In this document: piece by piece, positions 48,172-57,413 of the stretch
Layout of the letters: every line of letters starts with the position of its first letter
Position numbering within the stretch: the stretch's first letter is position 1
DNA from: an uncultured Gemmatimonadales bacterium
GTDB lineage: Bacteria; Gemmatimonadota; Gemmatimonadetes; Longimicrobiales; Longimicrobiaceae
DNA length: 64,000 bases
NCBI GenBank assembly: GCA_963716255.1
Contig: OY970303.1
Coordinates: 3,264,001-3,328,000, forward strand
Direction of reading: 5' to 3'
The notes under the pieces: generated by a model
Seen by the model: the letters and a program-made list of their open reading frames with translations, nothing else
Database searches by the model: none
Told to the model about the DNA's origin: nothing
Translations under genes and position numbers: made by a program

Positions 48172-48834
48172 ATGGTCGAGATCAGGGACAGCTACTTCAA
48201 GGCACCCGACGGCAACCGCTACTTCAGGCGCAACGCACCCGCGGTGGCGGTCGGATCGTATGGCGCGAAGAAGCAGCCGGCCACGCAGGCGAACTACCTC
48301 GCCGTCGACGGCAACATCAAGTACGACCTCCTCGACGGCAAGATCAAGAAGCTGAAGTCCGTCACGGTGGACTGGGCGCGCGAGCGGGCGACCGACGTCG
48401 AAGTCGGAGTCGACTATTACTTCGTCGCGGGCGGCACGGCCAGCTTCTCCCACAGGAAGGCCGTCGAGGCCCACCTGAAGCTCGTCCGGTTCCACATCGA
48501 AGCGACACCCCTGGAAAACCTCCTCAACAAGGACGCCAACAAGGTCCGCCAGGAGCTGAAAGAGGAGGGCAACGATGCCCGCGTGTCCACGTCGGTCTGG
48601 GTCGTCATGTCCGGCGAGCTGGCCGAGAAGTTCGATACGTCGCTGACGCTCGGGGCGTCGGGGACCACGGCGGACGGCCTGACGATCACGGCCAGCGGCG
48701 GGGGGGCGTGGAGCGGCTCGGAGAAGATCAAGCTTTCCCCGGGAACGGTGTTCGCGTACGGTCTGCACAAGGTGAAGAAGTGGGACGGCGACAAGGTGGA
48801 GGACCTGGAGGACGACTGGCAGAGCCTGGGCTGA
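48172..48834 (+). CDS. Hypothetical 220-aa protein, gasdermin pore-forming-domain-like
   Basis: GGAG RBS, clean codon usage; two alternating beta-hairpin regions; ARVSTSVWVV; IKLSPGTVFAYGLHKV. The gene is well supported, the fold is inferred. Confidence 0.55.
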   Translation: MVEIRDSYFKAPDGNRYFRRNAPAVAVGSYGAKKQPATQANYLAVDGNIKYDLLDGKIKKLKSVTVDWARERATDVEVGVDYYFVAGGTASFSHRKAVEAHLKLVRFHIEATPLENLLNKDANKVRQELKEEGNDARVSTSVWVVMSGELAEKFDTSLTLGASGTTADGLTITASGGGAWSGSEKIKLSPGTVFAYGLHKVKKWDGDKVEDLEDDWQSLG

Positions 48835-49149
48835 GAAGCGGGTAGGGGGTGGCATCCCTCCGGCGTGAAGCGGGGCTCGTGGACGCAGGGCCAGCCGTAC
48901 GTTCCGAGCAGGATTCGGGCGAGGTCCTGCGTCCCTGGAACCCGGTCCGCCGGACCTCGCCGCCGTCGCGCGCGGGGAAACACGCGATGCGCCGTGCAGG
49001 TTTCAATGCGTGGCTATCACCCGGTCCTGCTTCCACTTCCGCCGCGCCAGGGGGGTGGCGGCGCCGGGCCCGGACCTCTGGTGCGCGGCGCCGTCACGCT
49101 CTATCGTACGTCGTCCGGTCGACGGCTCAAGACTCACCGCCGAGGTCGT

Positions 49150-49746
49150 ATGTCCCCGATCGCCGATCCGCGCTCCACCCCCGAAGAGTACCTCGTGCGG
49201 GAGCGGAAGGCACAGTACAGGAGCGAGTTCGTGGAGGGCCGCGTGTACGCCATGGCGGGGGCGAGCCGCGCGCACAACCTCGTCGCGGGGAACGTGTTCG
49301 CGGAGCTCCGCGCGCAGCTCCGCGGAAAGTCCTGCGAGGCGTACGTCAGCGACATGCGCGTCAAGGTGAGCCGCACCGGGCTCTACACGTACCCGGACGT
49401 CGTCGCCGTCTGCGGGGAGCCGCGCTTCGAGGACGCGCACGTGGACACGCTGCTCAACCCGGTCGTGATCGTGGAGGTGCTGTCCGGGTCCACGGAAGGC
49501 TACGACCGGGGCGAGAAGTTCTCGCACTACCGCCGGCTGGAGTCGCTGCGGGAGTACGTGCTGGTGGCCCAGGACCGCGTCCGCGTGGAGCACTTCGCGC
49601 GGCACGGCGAGCACTGGATGCTCACCGAGATCGGCGACCCGGAAGGCGTGCTCGCGCTGCCGTCGCTCGACTGCACGGTGGCGCTCCGCGCGGTCTACGA
49701 GCGCGTGGAGCTCCCGGCCGGCGGCGACCTGCCCCTCCGCGCGTGA
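49150..49746 (+). CDS. Uma2/DUF820 family endonuclease-fold protein
   Basis: AMAGASRAH, YPDVV, VEVLS, DRGEK, LREYVLV. Confidence 0.92.
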   Translation: MSPIADPRSTPEEYLVRERKAQYRSEFVEGRVYAMAGASRAHNLVAGNVFAELRAQLRGKSCEAYVSDMRVKVSRTGLYTYPDVVAVCGEPRFEDAHVDTLLNPVVIVEVLSGSTEGYDRGEKFSHYRRLESLREYVLVAQDRVRVEHFARHGEHWMLTEIGDPEGVLALPSLDCTVALRAVYERVELPAGGDLPLRA

Positions 49747-49799
49747 GCGGAGGTTCCGCGCCCGAGCCGCGGGCACGATCCCCCGATGCCACGAACCCG

Positions 49800-50300
49800 A
49801 TGACGCCCATCTACGATTCCGGCGCGCAGGGCACCAGGGTACGCGCCCTGCTCTGGTTCTCGCTGCTCTGTGCGGCGGGGAGCACCTGGGCCGGCGTGTC
49901 GCTGGGGCGCACCTTCGGGCTGAGCCCCGCGGACGGCGGCGCGCTGGCGCCCCTCCCCGTCCGGCTCGCGTGGGCGGTGGGGGTCTCTGCCATCGGGCTG
50001 GCGTTCCTGGCGGGGATGCTGGTGTACGTGCGCTGCTACGCCGCCCGGGTGGCGGTGGACGAGGCGGGAGGCACCGTGCACGTTTCCCGCATCGGCCTCC
50101 TCGGCACCTGCACGCTGGTGGTGCCTGCCGAGCGAGTGCTGGGAAGCGAGTACCACCCCGGGCAGGCGGACTACGGCGGCGTGGCGGTGAACGCGGCGTG
50201 GGACACGGTGCGCGTGGAGGGGCGGCGGCTCCCGCTGATCGTGGACGCGCAGGGCGACGTACTGGACCCGGAGCGGGCGGGCCGCTTCCTGGGGATCTGA
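49800..50300 (+). CDS. Hypothetical 2-TM membrane protein
   Basis: Two hydrophobic helices, then a beta-rich tail. Confidence 0.7.
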   Translation: MTPIYDSGAQGTRVRALLWFSLLCAAGSTWAGVSLGRTFGLSPADGGALAPLPVRLAWAVGVSAIGLAFLAGMLVYVRCYAARVAVDEAGGTVHVSRIGLLGTCTLVVPAERVLGSEYHPGQADYGGVAVNAAWDTVRVEGRRLPLIVDAQGDVLDPERAGRFLGI

Positions 50301-50325
50301 ACCGACGCGGGGGAGGGAGCTGGAG

Positions 50326-50661
50326 ATGGCGGTGAGCGCAGAGTTCCGCGCGTACGTGCTGGAGCAGCTGGGGCGGGTGGCGCCGGTGACCTCGCGGTCC
50401 ATGTTCGGGGCCGTCGGCGTGTACTCGGAGGGGCTGTTCTTCGCGGTGGTGGACGACGACCAGGTGTACTTCAAGACCGACGACGGCAACCGCGCGGACT
50501 TCGAGCGGGCGGGGATGGGGCGTTTCCAGCCCTTCGGCGAGGACGCAAAGCCCATGAACTACCACGAGCTTCCCGGCGAGCTGCTGGAAAGCCCGGACGA
50601 GCTGCGCCCCTGGATGGAAAAGTCGCTCGCCGTCGCGCGGAGCCGGCGGAAGAAGAAGTGA
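50326..50661 (+). CDS. TfoX/Sxy N-terminal domain protein
   Basis: RSMFGAVGVY, FFAVV, VYFK, MNYHELP. Confidence 0.9.
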   Translation: MAVSAEFRAYVLEQLGRVAPVTSRSMFGAVGVYSEGLFFAVVDDDQVYFKTDDGNRADFERAGMGRFQPFGEDAKPMNYHELPGELLESPDELRPWMEKSLAVARSRRKKK

Positions 50662-51530
50662 GCCCGCCCGCACCCGCCGTGCGCCGGCGCTTCTCTTGGC
50701 TGCTGGCCGGCGCGGCGCTGCTCTCCGGCGCCGCGGCCTGCGAGCCGGAGAGCGCCGCGCCGCCGCCCCCGCCGGGGGTGGAGACCGTTCCGGCCGCCCC
50801 GGCCGCGCCCGCCCCGGTGCAGGCCGCGCCCGCGTCGGGGGCCCCGGCGGGTCCCGGCTTCCGGGTGGCGTACGCGCCGCTGCGGGGCCCGCGGTACGCC
50901 CCGTGGGAGCGCTACGCGCGCGACACCCGGTTCCTGGAGCGGATCGCCGACGACCTGAACGGCTGGCTCGCGCTCCCCACCGACGTGACGCTGGTGTTCG
51001 CGCAGTGCGGCGAGGCCAACGCCTTCTACGAGCCGGAGACGCAGCGCATCACCCTGTGCTACGAGCTGCTGGAAACGCTGGGCGAGGTGTTCGCCGACGG
51101 CGGACCGGAGCGCGACCGCGCGCTCCGGGGCGCCGCGACCTTCATCTTCTACCACGAGCTGGGACACGCGCTCATCCACGTGCTGGACCTCCCCGCGCTG
51201 GGGCGCGAGGAGGACTCCGCCGACCAGCTCGCGGCGTACGTCCTCACCGACGGGAGCGAGGAGGGGGAGCGGGCCGCGCTGGACGGGGCGGTCGCCCTGG
51301 GCAGGATGGACGCCGAGTTCGACGACCTGGCCTTCGCCGACGAGCACTCGCTGGGGGTCCAGCGCTTCTACAACGTGGCGTGCTGGGTGTACGGCCGCGA
51401 TCCGGAGCGGCACGCCGGCTTTCTCGCCGCGGGCACGCTCCCCGAGGGGCGGGCGGAGCGGTGCCCCGCCGAGTACGCCGCCCTGGAGCGGAGCTGGGAC
51501 CGCCTGCTGGAGCCCTACGTCCGCGAGTAG
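50658..51530 (+). CDS. DUF4344-like zinc metallopeptidase lipoprotein
   Basis: AAAC lipobox; CGEANAFY, HELGHALI, EEDSAD, RFYNVACWVYG. Confidence 0.85.
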   Translation: MSPPAPAVRRRFSWLLAGAALLSGAAACEPESAAPPPPPGVETVPAAPAAPAPVQAAPASGAPAGPGFRVAYAPLRGPRYAPWERYARDTRFLERIADDLNGWLALPTDVTLVFAQCGEANAFYEPETQRITLCYELLETLGEVFADGGPERDRALRGAATFIFYHELGHALIHVLDLPALGREEDSADQLAAYVLTDGSEEGERAALDGAVALGRMDAEFDDLAFADEHSLGVQRFYNVACWVYGRDPERHAGFLAAGTLPEGRAERCPAEYAALERSWDRLLEPYVRE

Positions 51531-51701
51531 GGTCCCCTCCGTCCAAGATGCTGGAGGATAATGGAAGGCGGTTCGGCAGTAGATCGCGTACCATGTACGC
51601 TACATGGCTTGTGGAAGCATGAAGTTGAATGATGAAGCGGGGAGCCTTTACGACTCCCCGCAGGTACGTCCTGCCTCAGAAACGAACTCCAGAGGAGCAG
51701 C

Positions 51702-52205
51702 TCACCGCCTGTAACATGACAACCGGTTCAGAGCACTCGAAAGCCCGTCCAGAGAGAATGAGTCCTCAAGCACTTCACTGTCAGCTGGGTCCACAACGCG
51801 AATCAGCAAACGGTTTGCCCCTTTGAGACGTTCGGTTATGCTTCTTACTTGTGACATCGGCACCATGGTCGCTTTGCTGTTGTTGTACAGCGACCAGTAT
51901 TCCGATTCGCTGGCTGGTTGATCGTCAACCTTGTAGCGCACCAAAACTTCGTCATCACGATCCCCGGCGAGGTACTTGTGCATTATGATCATATTGAGAC
52001 CGTCACTCATGCATTTCCAACCGATCGTAAGGTCTGCTTTCGGCCCCAGCTGGAAGAAGAAGCTTCGGTCCACTTCGTCAAATGCGTCGATACTCGAAGT
52101 GAAGTGGAACGCTCCGATCATCTGTTGAGCATTGAGGGGTGCGGCCAGCAAGCAACTTGCCAACGCGAGGAAAGCGGATGCCAATGAGGGCTTCAGGGGT
52201 TTCAT
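51702..52205 (-). CDS. Hypothetical exported protein in a low-GC islet
   Basis: Signal peptide; atypical codon usage; VRYKVDD, FSLDGL, two Cys in the mature part. Confidence 0.75.
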   Translation of the reverse strand: MKPLKPSLASAFLALASCLLAAPLNAQQMIGAFHFTSSIDAFDEVDRSFFFQLGPKADLTIGWKCMSDGLNMIIMHKYLAGDRDDEVLVRYKVDDQPASESEYWSLYNNSKATMVPMSQVRSITERLKGANRLLIRVVDPADSEVLEDSFSLDGLSSALNRLSCYRR

Positions 52206-52507
52206 GCCGGGTCATGGCAGGGGTGACTCGGGGAGGTTGATCGCCACATGCGGGAACATGTGGCGATTCCATGTTAGCGGGTTGAGTCCGGTCGGGCAAG
52301 ATTTTCAAACGCATCTAAGCCGGAGCGGCCCGCTTGCCAGGCGCTTTTCCCCGTCTTGCTTTACCGAAGCAATGCCGGACCATAGTGCTCCGGCACACCG
52401 TTTTTGTCGTACAGCCACCTCTCCGGTCCAGTTCTCCCGCCGCTCAAAGACAGTCCGTATACCGGCCTGAGGTTTAAACACAGACACGTTGCTTCTGTAA
52501 CAACGCC

Positions 52508-53569
52508 TTACCGTTCGCCGCGGCTGCGCAGCCGCACCAGCTCCTCCACCGGGCGGCGCGCCCCTGCGCGGGCGTTGGCCCGCCGCACGAAGTCCGCCGT
52601 GACACCGTGGTCGCGCAGGCGCACGAGCTGCGCCGGGGGGAGGCCCGCGTAGCCCAGCTCCCGCATCTCCCGCACGAAGGCGGCGCTCACCCCGTGGTCC
52701 CGCATCCGCACCAGCACCCCGGCATCCAGCCCGCCGTACCCCAGCGCCGCCATCTCCCGCACGAAGCCCGCGCTCACCCCGTGGTCGCGGAGCCGCACCA
52801 GCGCCTCCGCGCCGAGGCCGCGGAAGCCCTGCGCCTCCATCTCCCGCACGTACTCCCCGGTGACCCCGTGGTCGCGCAGGCGCACCAGCTCCTCCGCGCC
52901 CAGGCCGCGGATCCCCACCGCCGCCATCTCCCGCACGTAGCGCGGGGTGACGCCGTGGTCGCGCACGCGGACCAGCGCCTCCACGGTGCCCATGCGGAAC
53001 CCCAGCGACCCCATCCCCCGCAGGAACTCCAGCCCCGCCCCGTGCTCGCCGGCCCGCACCAGCTCCGCCACCGAGGGGCGGGCGTAGCGCTGCGACCCCA
53101 GCTCGTCCGCGAAGCCCAGCCCCACGTCGTGCAGCGCCAGCGAGAACTGCTGCGGCGCCGTGGGACGGCCGATGCCGCGGCGGGCGAGCTCCGCCGCGAA
53201 GCCGGCGTCCGGGGCGAAGTCGCAGTGGCCGGAGCCCCGCTCCTGCCGCGCCCACCCCTCGCAGGCGAAGGTCCCCGCGTCGCGCCGCAGGCGGAAGCGC
53301 ACCTGCGTCCCCGCCGCGGAGGCGAGCTGCGCCGCCGACAGCCCCTCCAGCTCCCGCAGCGGTACGCTGCGGCCGTTCATGCTCCGGCCTCCGCCCGGAG
53401 AGCGGTACTCGGTGGTCAGCTGCACCGTCCCGGGCTCCCGCGGGGCGTCGGCGTCCCGGTCCAGGGTCCACAGGATCGAGGGGGATTCCTGGGCCGGCGC
53501 CGCGGCGGGCGCGAGGGAGCCCACGAGGGCGGCGAAGGCGGCGGTGGCCGCGGCTGCGAGAGGGCGCAT
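52508..53569 (-). CDS. Exported protein with about 25-aa LVRLRDHGV tandem repeats
   Basis: Signal peptide; five close 75-bp repeat units plus degenerate ones. Confidence 0.85.
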   Translation of the reverse strand: MRPLAAAATAAFAALVGSLAPAAAPAQESPSILWTLDRDADAPREPGTVQLTTEYRSPGGGRSMNGRSVPLRELEGLSAAQLASAAGTQVRFRLRRDAGTFACEGWARQERGSGHCDFAPDAGFAAELARRGIGRPTAPQQFSLALHDVGLGFADELGSQRYARPSVAELVRAGEHGAGLEFLRGMGSLGFRMGTVEALVRVRDHGVTPRYVREMAAVGIRGLGAEELVRLRDHGVTGEYVREMEAQGFRGLGAEALVRLRDHGVSAGFVREMAALGYGGLDAGVLVRMRDHGVSAAFVREMRELGYAGLPPAQLVRLRDHGVTADFVRRANARAGARRPVEELVRLRSRGER

Positions 53570-53714
53570 CGGGACGTGCTCCGGGTGGAGGGGGCGACTG
53601 CATCGGGCACCACGTTGGACAGCGCGCGGGGGGCGGAGGTTGGAAGCCGGGCCGCGTCGCTTTACGTTTCCTCGCCGCCCCCGCGACCCCGGACCCCCTC
53701 ACCGCTCCGCCCGC

Positions 53715-54269
53715 ATGCGCCTCCGCCGCGCCGTCCCCCCCCTCCTCGCGCTCGCCCTGGGGGCGTGTGCAGCCCGCCCCGTCCCGGATCCCGCCCGCCC
53801 TGCCACGGCCCAGGAGGTGCGCGCGCGCACCGAGCGGCAGGTGCTCGAGCTGGTCAACTCGTACCGCCAGGGGCGGGGGCTCAGCCGCCTGCACCACGAC
53901 GACTACCTGGCCGGGGTGGCGCGGGAGCACAGCGAGGCCGCCGCGCGCGGCGAGCGCGCCTTCAGCCACGACGGGCTGGACACTCGCGCGCGCCGCGTGG
54001 GCGAGCGGCTGTCGTTCCTGGACATGGGCGAGAACCTGTACTCCAGGCAGCCGGCGTCGCCGCTTTCCGGCTGGTACGCCGTCACGGGGTGGCTGGAGAG
54101 CCCCCCGCACCTGGCTCTCATTGAGGGGTGCTTCGACCTGGCCGGCGTGGGGATGGCGTCCGACTCCGCCGGCGGCGTCTACTACACGCTGCTCTTCGTG
54201 CTCCAGGCGCGCCGCTCCGTCCTCACCGGCCAGGTCACCGCCACCCGCAACGGGCCCAGCTGCCGCTGA
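53715..54269 (+). CDS. CAP/SCP domain lipoprotein
   Basis: LGAC; VNSYR, FSH, GENL, WLESPPH. Confidence 0.88.
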   Translation: MRLRRAVPPLLALALGACAARPVPDPARPATAQEVRARTERQVLELVNSYRQGRGLSRLHHDDYLAGVAREHSEAAARGERAFSHDGLDTRARRVGERLSFLDMGENLYSRQPASPLSGWYAVTGWLESPPHLALIEGCFDLAGVGMASDSAGGVYYTLLFVLQARRSVLTGQVTATRNGPSCR

Positions 54270-54408
54270 CCGCTTCGACGCGCGTGCCACGCATCTTGCG
54301 GGATCTCCCGGCCGCTTTCGCGGTACATGGTGCCCAGGGCTCGCCCGCGCCGGGAGGCGGGACGCCCGCCCACTTTCCCGATTTCCCGATCTCGGAGGAG
54401 CTTTGGCG

Positions 54409-56064
54409 ATGAGGAATACCCGTTTCCCCGGCCTGGTCGCGCTCGCCCTGGGCGCGAGCGTCCTGGCCGGACCGGCCGCCGCGCAGCAGCAGCCCACCCG
54501 CCCGGCCCCCGCCCCCGCGGCCACCCCCGACGAGGCGCTGGGGCTTCCGCCCGCCGACTGGTGGTTCCAGGAGCAGGCGGGCGGCGGCCACTTCCCGGGA
54601 ACCGCCGCGGCGCGGGCGTACCGGGAGCTGCTGGCCGGCCGGCAGCCGCGGCAGCCCGTGGTGGTCGCCATCATCGACACCGGGGTGGACATCGAGCACG
54701 AGGACCTGGACGGCGTCATCTGGACCAACGAGGACGAGATTCCCGGCAACGGCGTGGACGACGACCGCAACGGCTACGTGGACGACGTGCACGGCTGGAA
54801 CTTCATCGGCGGCAGGGGCGGCAACGTCCACCAGGACACCTACGAGATCACCCGCGTCTATGCCGCGCTGCGCCGCTACGAGGGAGCCCGGCAGGACACC
54901 CTTTCCACCGCCGGCCGCGCCGAGTACCAGCGCTGGCAGCAGGTCAAGGTCGACTTCCAGAAGGAGATCGCCAGCGCGCAGGAGCAGCTCCAGCAGGTGG
55001 CCGGGATCAAGACCGCGCTCGACCAGTTCCTGGTCCTGCTGCGGCGCGAGGTGGGCTCCGACTCGCTCACGGTGGAGAACGTCTCGGCGCTTCGCCCGGT
55101 GCGGATGGAGGTGATGCAGGCGCAGCAGGCGTACCTCCAGCTCGCCGCCGCCGGCATCACCCCCAGGGCGGTGGACGACGAGGTGGAGCGGCTCCAGGGG
55201 CGGCTGCGCAACGGCCTCAACCCCGACTTCAACCCGCGCACCGTGGTGGGCGACGACCCCGCCAACCCCACCCAGCGCGGCTACGGCAACAACGACGTGG
55301 AGGGGCCCGACGCCTCGCACGGCACCCACGTGGCCGGGATCGTGGGCGCCGAGCGCGGCAACGGAATCGGGGTGGACGGCATCGCCTCGTCCGTGCGCAT
55401 CATGCCCGTGCGCGTGGTGCCCGACGGCGACGAGCGCGACAAGGACGTGGCCAACGCCATCCGCTACGCCGTGGACAACGGCGCCCGGGTCATCAACATG
55501 AGCTTCGGCAAGGCCTACTCGCCCCAGAAGGGCGTGGTGGACGACGCCGTGCGCTACGCCGACTCCAAGGGCGTGCTGCTGGTGCACGCCGCCGGCAACG
55601 ACGCCTCCAACCTGGATCTCCGGCCCAGCTATCCCATCCGCGCCTTCCAGGCGGGCGGGCAGCCCAGGCTGTGGATCGAGGTGGGCGCCTCGTCGTACAC
55701 GGCCGACTCGCTGGCGGCCTCGTTCTCCAACTACAGCCAGACCCGGGTGGACGTGTTCGCGCCGGGCGTGAGCATCCTGTCCACCGTGCCGGGCAACGGC
55801 TACGACCGCAACCAGGGCACCAGCATGTCGGCCCCGGTGGTGACGGGGCTGGCCGCGCTGATCATGTCCTACTACCCGCAGCTCACCGCCGAGCAGGTGC
55901 GCGCCATCATCCTGGAGTCGGCGACGCGCTTCCCCAACCAGCGGGTGATCAAGCCGGGCGAGGAGAGCGCGCAGGTGGCGTTTTCCGAGCTTTCCGTGAC
56001 CGGCGGCGTGGTCAACGCGTACGAGGCGCTTCGTCTGGCGGCGCAGAGGGCCGGAGCCAGGTAA
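54409..56064 (+). CDS. S8 (subtilisin-like) serine peptidase, exported
   Basis: IIDTG, HGTHVAG, AAGN, GTSMSAP. Confidence 0.95.
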   Translation: MRNTRFPGLVALALGASVLAGPAAAQQQPTRPAPAPAATPDEALGLPPADWWFQEQAGGGHFPGTAAARAYRELLAGRQPRQPVVVAIIDTGVDIEHEDLDGVIWTNEDEIPGNGVDDDRNGYVDDVHGWNFIGGRGGNVHQDTYEITRVYAALRRYEGARQDTLSTAGRAEYQRWQQVKVDFQKEIASAQEQLQQVAGIKTALDQFLVLLRREVGSDSLTVENVSALRPVRMEVMQAQQAYLQLAAAGITPRAVDDEVERLQGRLRNGLNPDFNPRTVVGDDPANPTQRGYGNNDVEGPDASHGTHVAGIVGAERGNGIGVDGIASSVRIMPVRVVPDGDERDKDVANAIRYAVDNGARVINMSFGKAYSPQKGVVDDAVRYADSKGVLLVHAAGNDASNLDLRPSYPIRAFQAGGQPRLWIEVGASSYTADSLAASFSNYSQTRVDVFAPGVSILSTVPGNGYDRNQGTSMSAPVVTGLAALIMSYYPQLTAEQVRAIILESATRFPNQRVIKPGEESAQVAFSELSVTGGVVNAYEALRLAAQRAGAR

Positions 56065-56082
56065 ACGGCGAACTGCGGGGTT

Positions 56083-56212
56083 GGGCGTGCCCCCGGCTGG
56101 CGCCGGGGTCGGGCTTCGGCTCCGTAACGCACGACACAACCGTGCGTAACGGAGTCGAGCCCGCGCAAACAGCAGCGCGGTCTCGCCCCTTCGGGCCGAA
56201 ATCCCTCACGCG
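56083..56212 (+). repeat. Structured repeat family A copy
   Basis: 18 nt after the S8 peptidase stop. Confidence 0.95.
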
Positions 56213-56242
56213 GGATGCGCGCTGGCGTCCGCGAGTACCGGC

Positions 56243-56363
56243 CCCCTCTCCCCCGCAAGCTGGGGGAAAGTGGGGAGAACGACACGCGGTAGGCGGGGAT
56301 CGAAGCGTGGAGATTCCCCTCCCCCGGAACGGGGGAGGGTGGCGGCTCCAAGGCCGCCGGGTG
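56243..56363. repeat. REP-like repeats D and C
   Basis: Same D-GAGAACGACACG...TGGAGATTCC-C order as 42856-42976. Confidence 0.8.
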
Positions 56364-56380
56364 GGGGCCGCCGGCCCCGA

Positions 56381-56423
56381 CGACAGCGCCCCCGCCGGGA
56401 TCTCCCCGGCGGGGGCGCTGTCG
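56381..56423. terminator. Long GC hairpin between convergent genes
   Basis: CGACAGCGCCCCCGCCGGG/CCCGGCGGGGGCGCTGTCG 19-bp stem. Confidence 0.55.
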
Positions 56424-56449
56424 TCCCGCACGTCCGCACTTCCGTTCCC

Positions 56450-57298
56450 CTACAGCCGGGTCGTGTTGAAGGTGTCGCACTGGCGCATGTCGCCGCTCTC
56501 GAAGCCGCGGCGGAACCAGCGCGCCCGCTGCTCCGAGGTGCCGTGCGTGAAGCTCTCCGGGACCACGCGGCCCTGGCTCTGCTTCTGAAGGCGGTCGTCG
56601 CCGATGGCGCTGGCGGCGTTGAGCGCCTCGTCGATGTCGCCGGGGTCCAGCACCACCTCGCTCACCCGCGGAGCGTGGTAGCCCCACACGCCCGCGTAGC
56701 AGTCCGCCTGCAGCTCCAGCCGCACCGACATCTCGTTCCCCTCCGCCCTGCTCAGCCGCTGCTGCGCGTTGTGCACCTCGTCCGAGGTGCCCATCAGGTT
56801 CTGCACGTGGTGCCCCACCTCGTGGGCGATCACGTACGCCTGGGCGAAGTCGCCCGGGGCCCCCAGCTGCGACTTCAGGTCGCGGTAGAAGCTCAGGTCG
56901 ATGTACACGCTCTGGTCCGGCGGGCAGTAGAACGGCCCCATCGCCGACTGCCCCGTGCCGCACGCAGTGGGCGTCGTCCCGCTGAAGAGCACCAGCTCGG
57001 GCTCCCGGTACTGCTGGCCGGTGGCCTGGGGATAGGCCTGCTTCCACACGTCCTGCGTGCTCGCCAGCGTCTGGTCCACGAACAGGCCCAGCGAGTCCGA
57101 GGGCGGTGTGCCGGGCGCGCTCCCCGGCGGCGCCTGCTCCGCCGGCGCCTGCTGCAGCACCGCGCCCGGGTCGCCGCCCATGAACATGACGATCAGCGCG
57201 ATCACCACCGCGCCGATCCCGCCTCCGGCCATGGCCCCGCCCCCCATCCCGCGCCGGTCGGTGACGTTGCCGCTTCTCTTGTTGCCCGTAAAGCGCAT
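56450..57298 (-). CDS. Neutral zinc metallopeptidase (YpfJ family)
   Basis: GPFYCP, AHEVGHHVQ, ELQADC, FTHGTSEQR. Confidence 0.93.
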   Translation of the reverse strand: MRFTGNKRSGNVTDRRGMGGGAMAGGGIGAVVIALIVMFMGGDPGAVLQQAPAEQAPPGSAPGTPPSDSLGLFVDQTLASTQDVWKQAYPQATGQQYREPELVLFSGTTPTACGTGQSAMGPFYCPPDQSVYIDLSFYRDLKSQLGAPGDFAQAYVIAHEVGHHVQNLMGTSDEVHNAQQRLSRAEGNEMSVRLELQADCYAGVWGYHAPRVSEVVLDPGDIDEALNAASAIGDDRLQKQSQGRVVPESFTHGTSEQRARWFRRGFESGDMRQCDTFNTTRL

Positions 57299-57413
57299 CC
57301 TGGCCTCCGCTGTTGCGCGTCGCGTCCCGCAGTCCCTTTTCCGGACCCCTTCCGCAAGGGAAGCGCCAGCGCGACTTTCCCCTGACTTGTTCGGGCCGGG
57401 GACAGGAGGGACG

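Noticed and set aside
45531..48845. Very long ORFs in the track (e.g. 1104 aa here, 60579-63896, N-terminal parts of 34908-38600 and 4200-7205)
   Set aside because: Arg/Gly/Pro-rich antisense or off-frame shadows of real genes, expected at this GC content
49150..49746. Uma2 gene as a defence partner of the gasdermin-like ORF
   Set aside because: About 315 nt gap and the family is commonly scattered in multiple copies; no support for linkage from sequence alone
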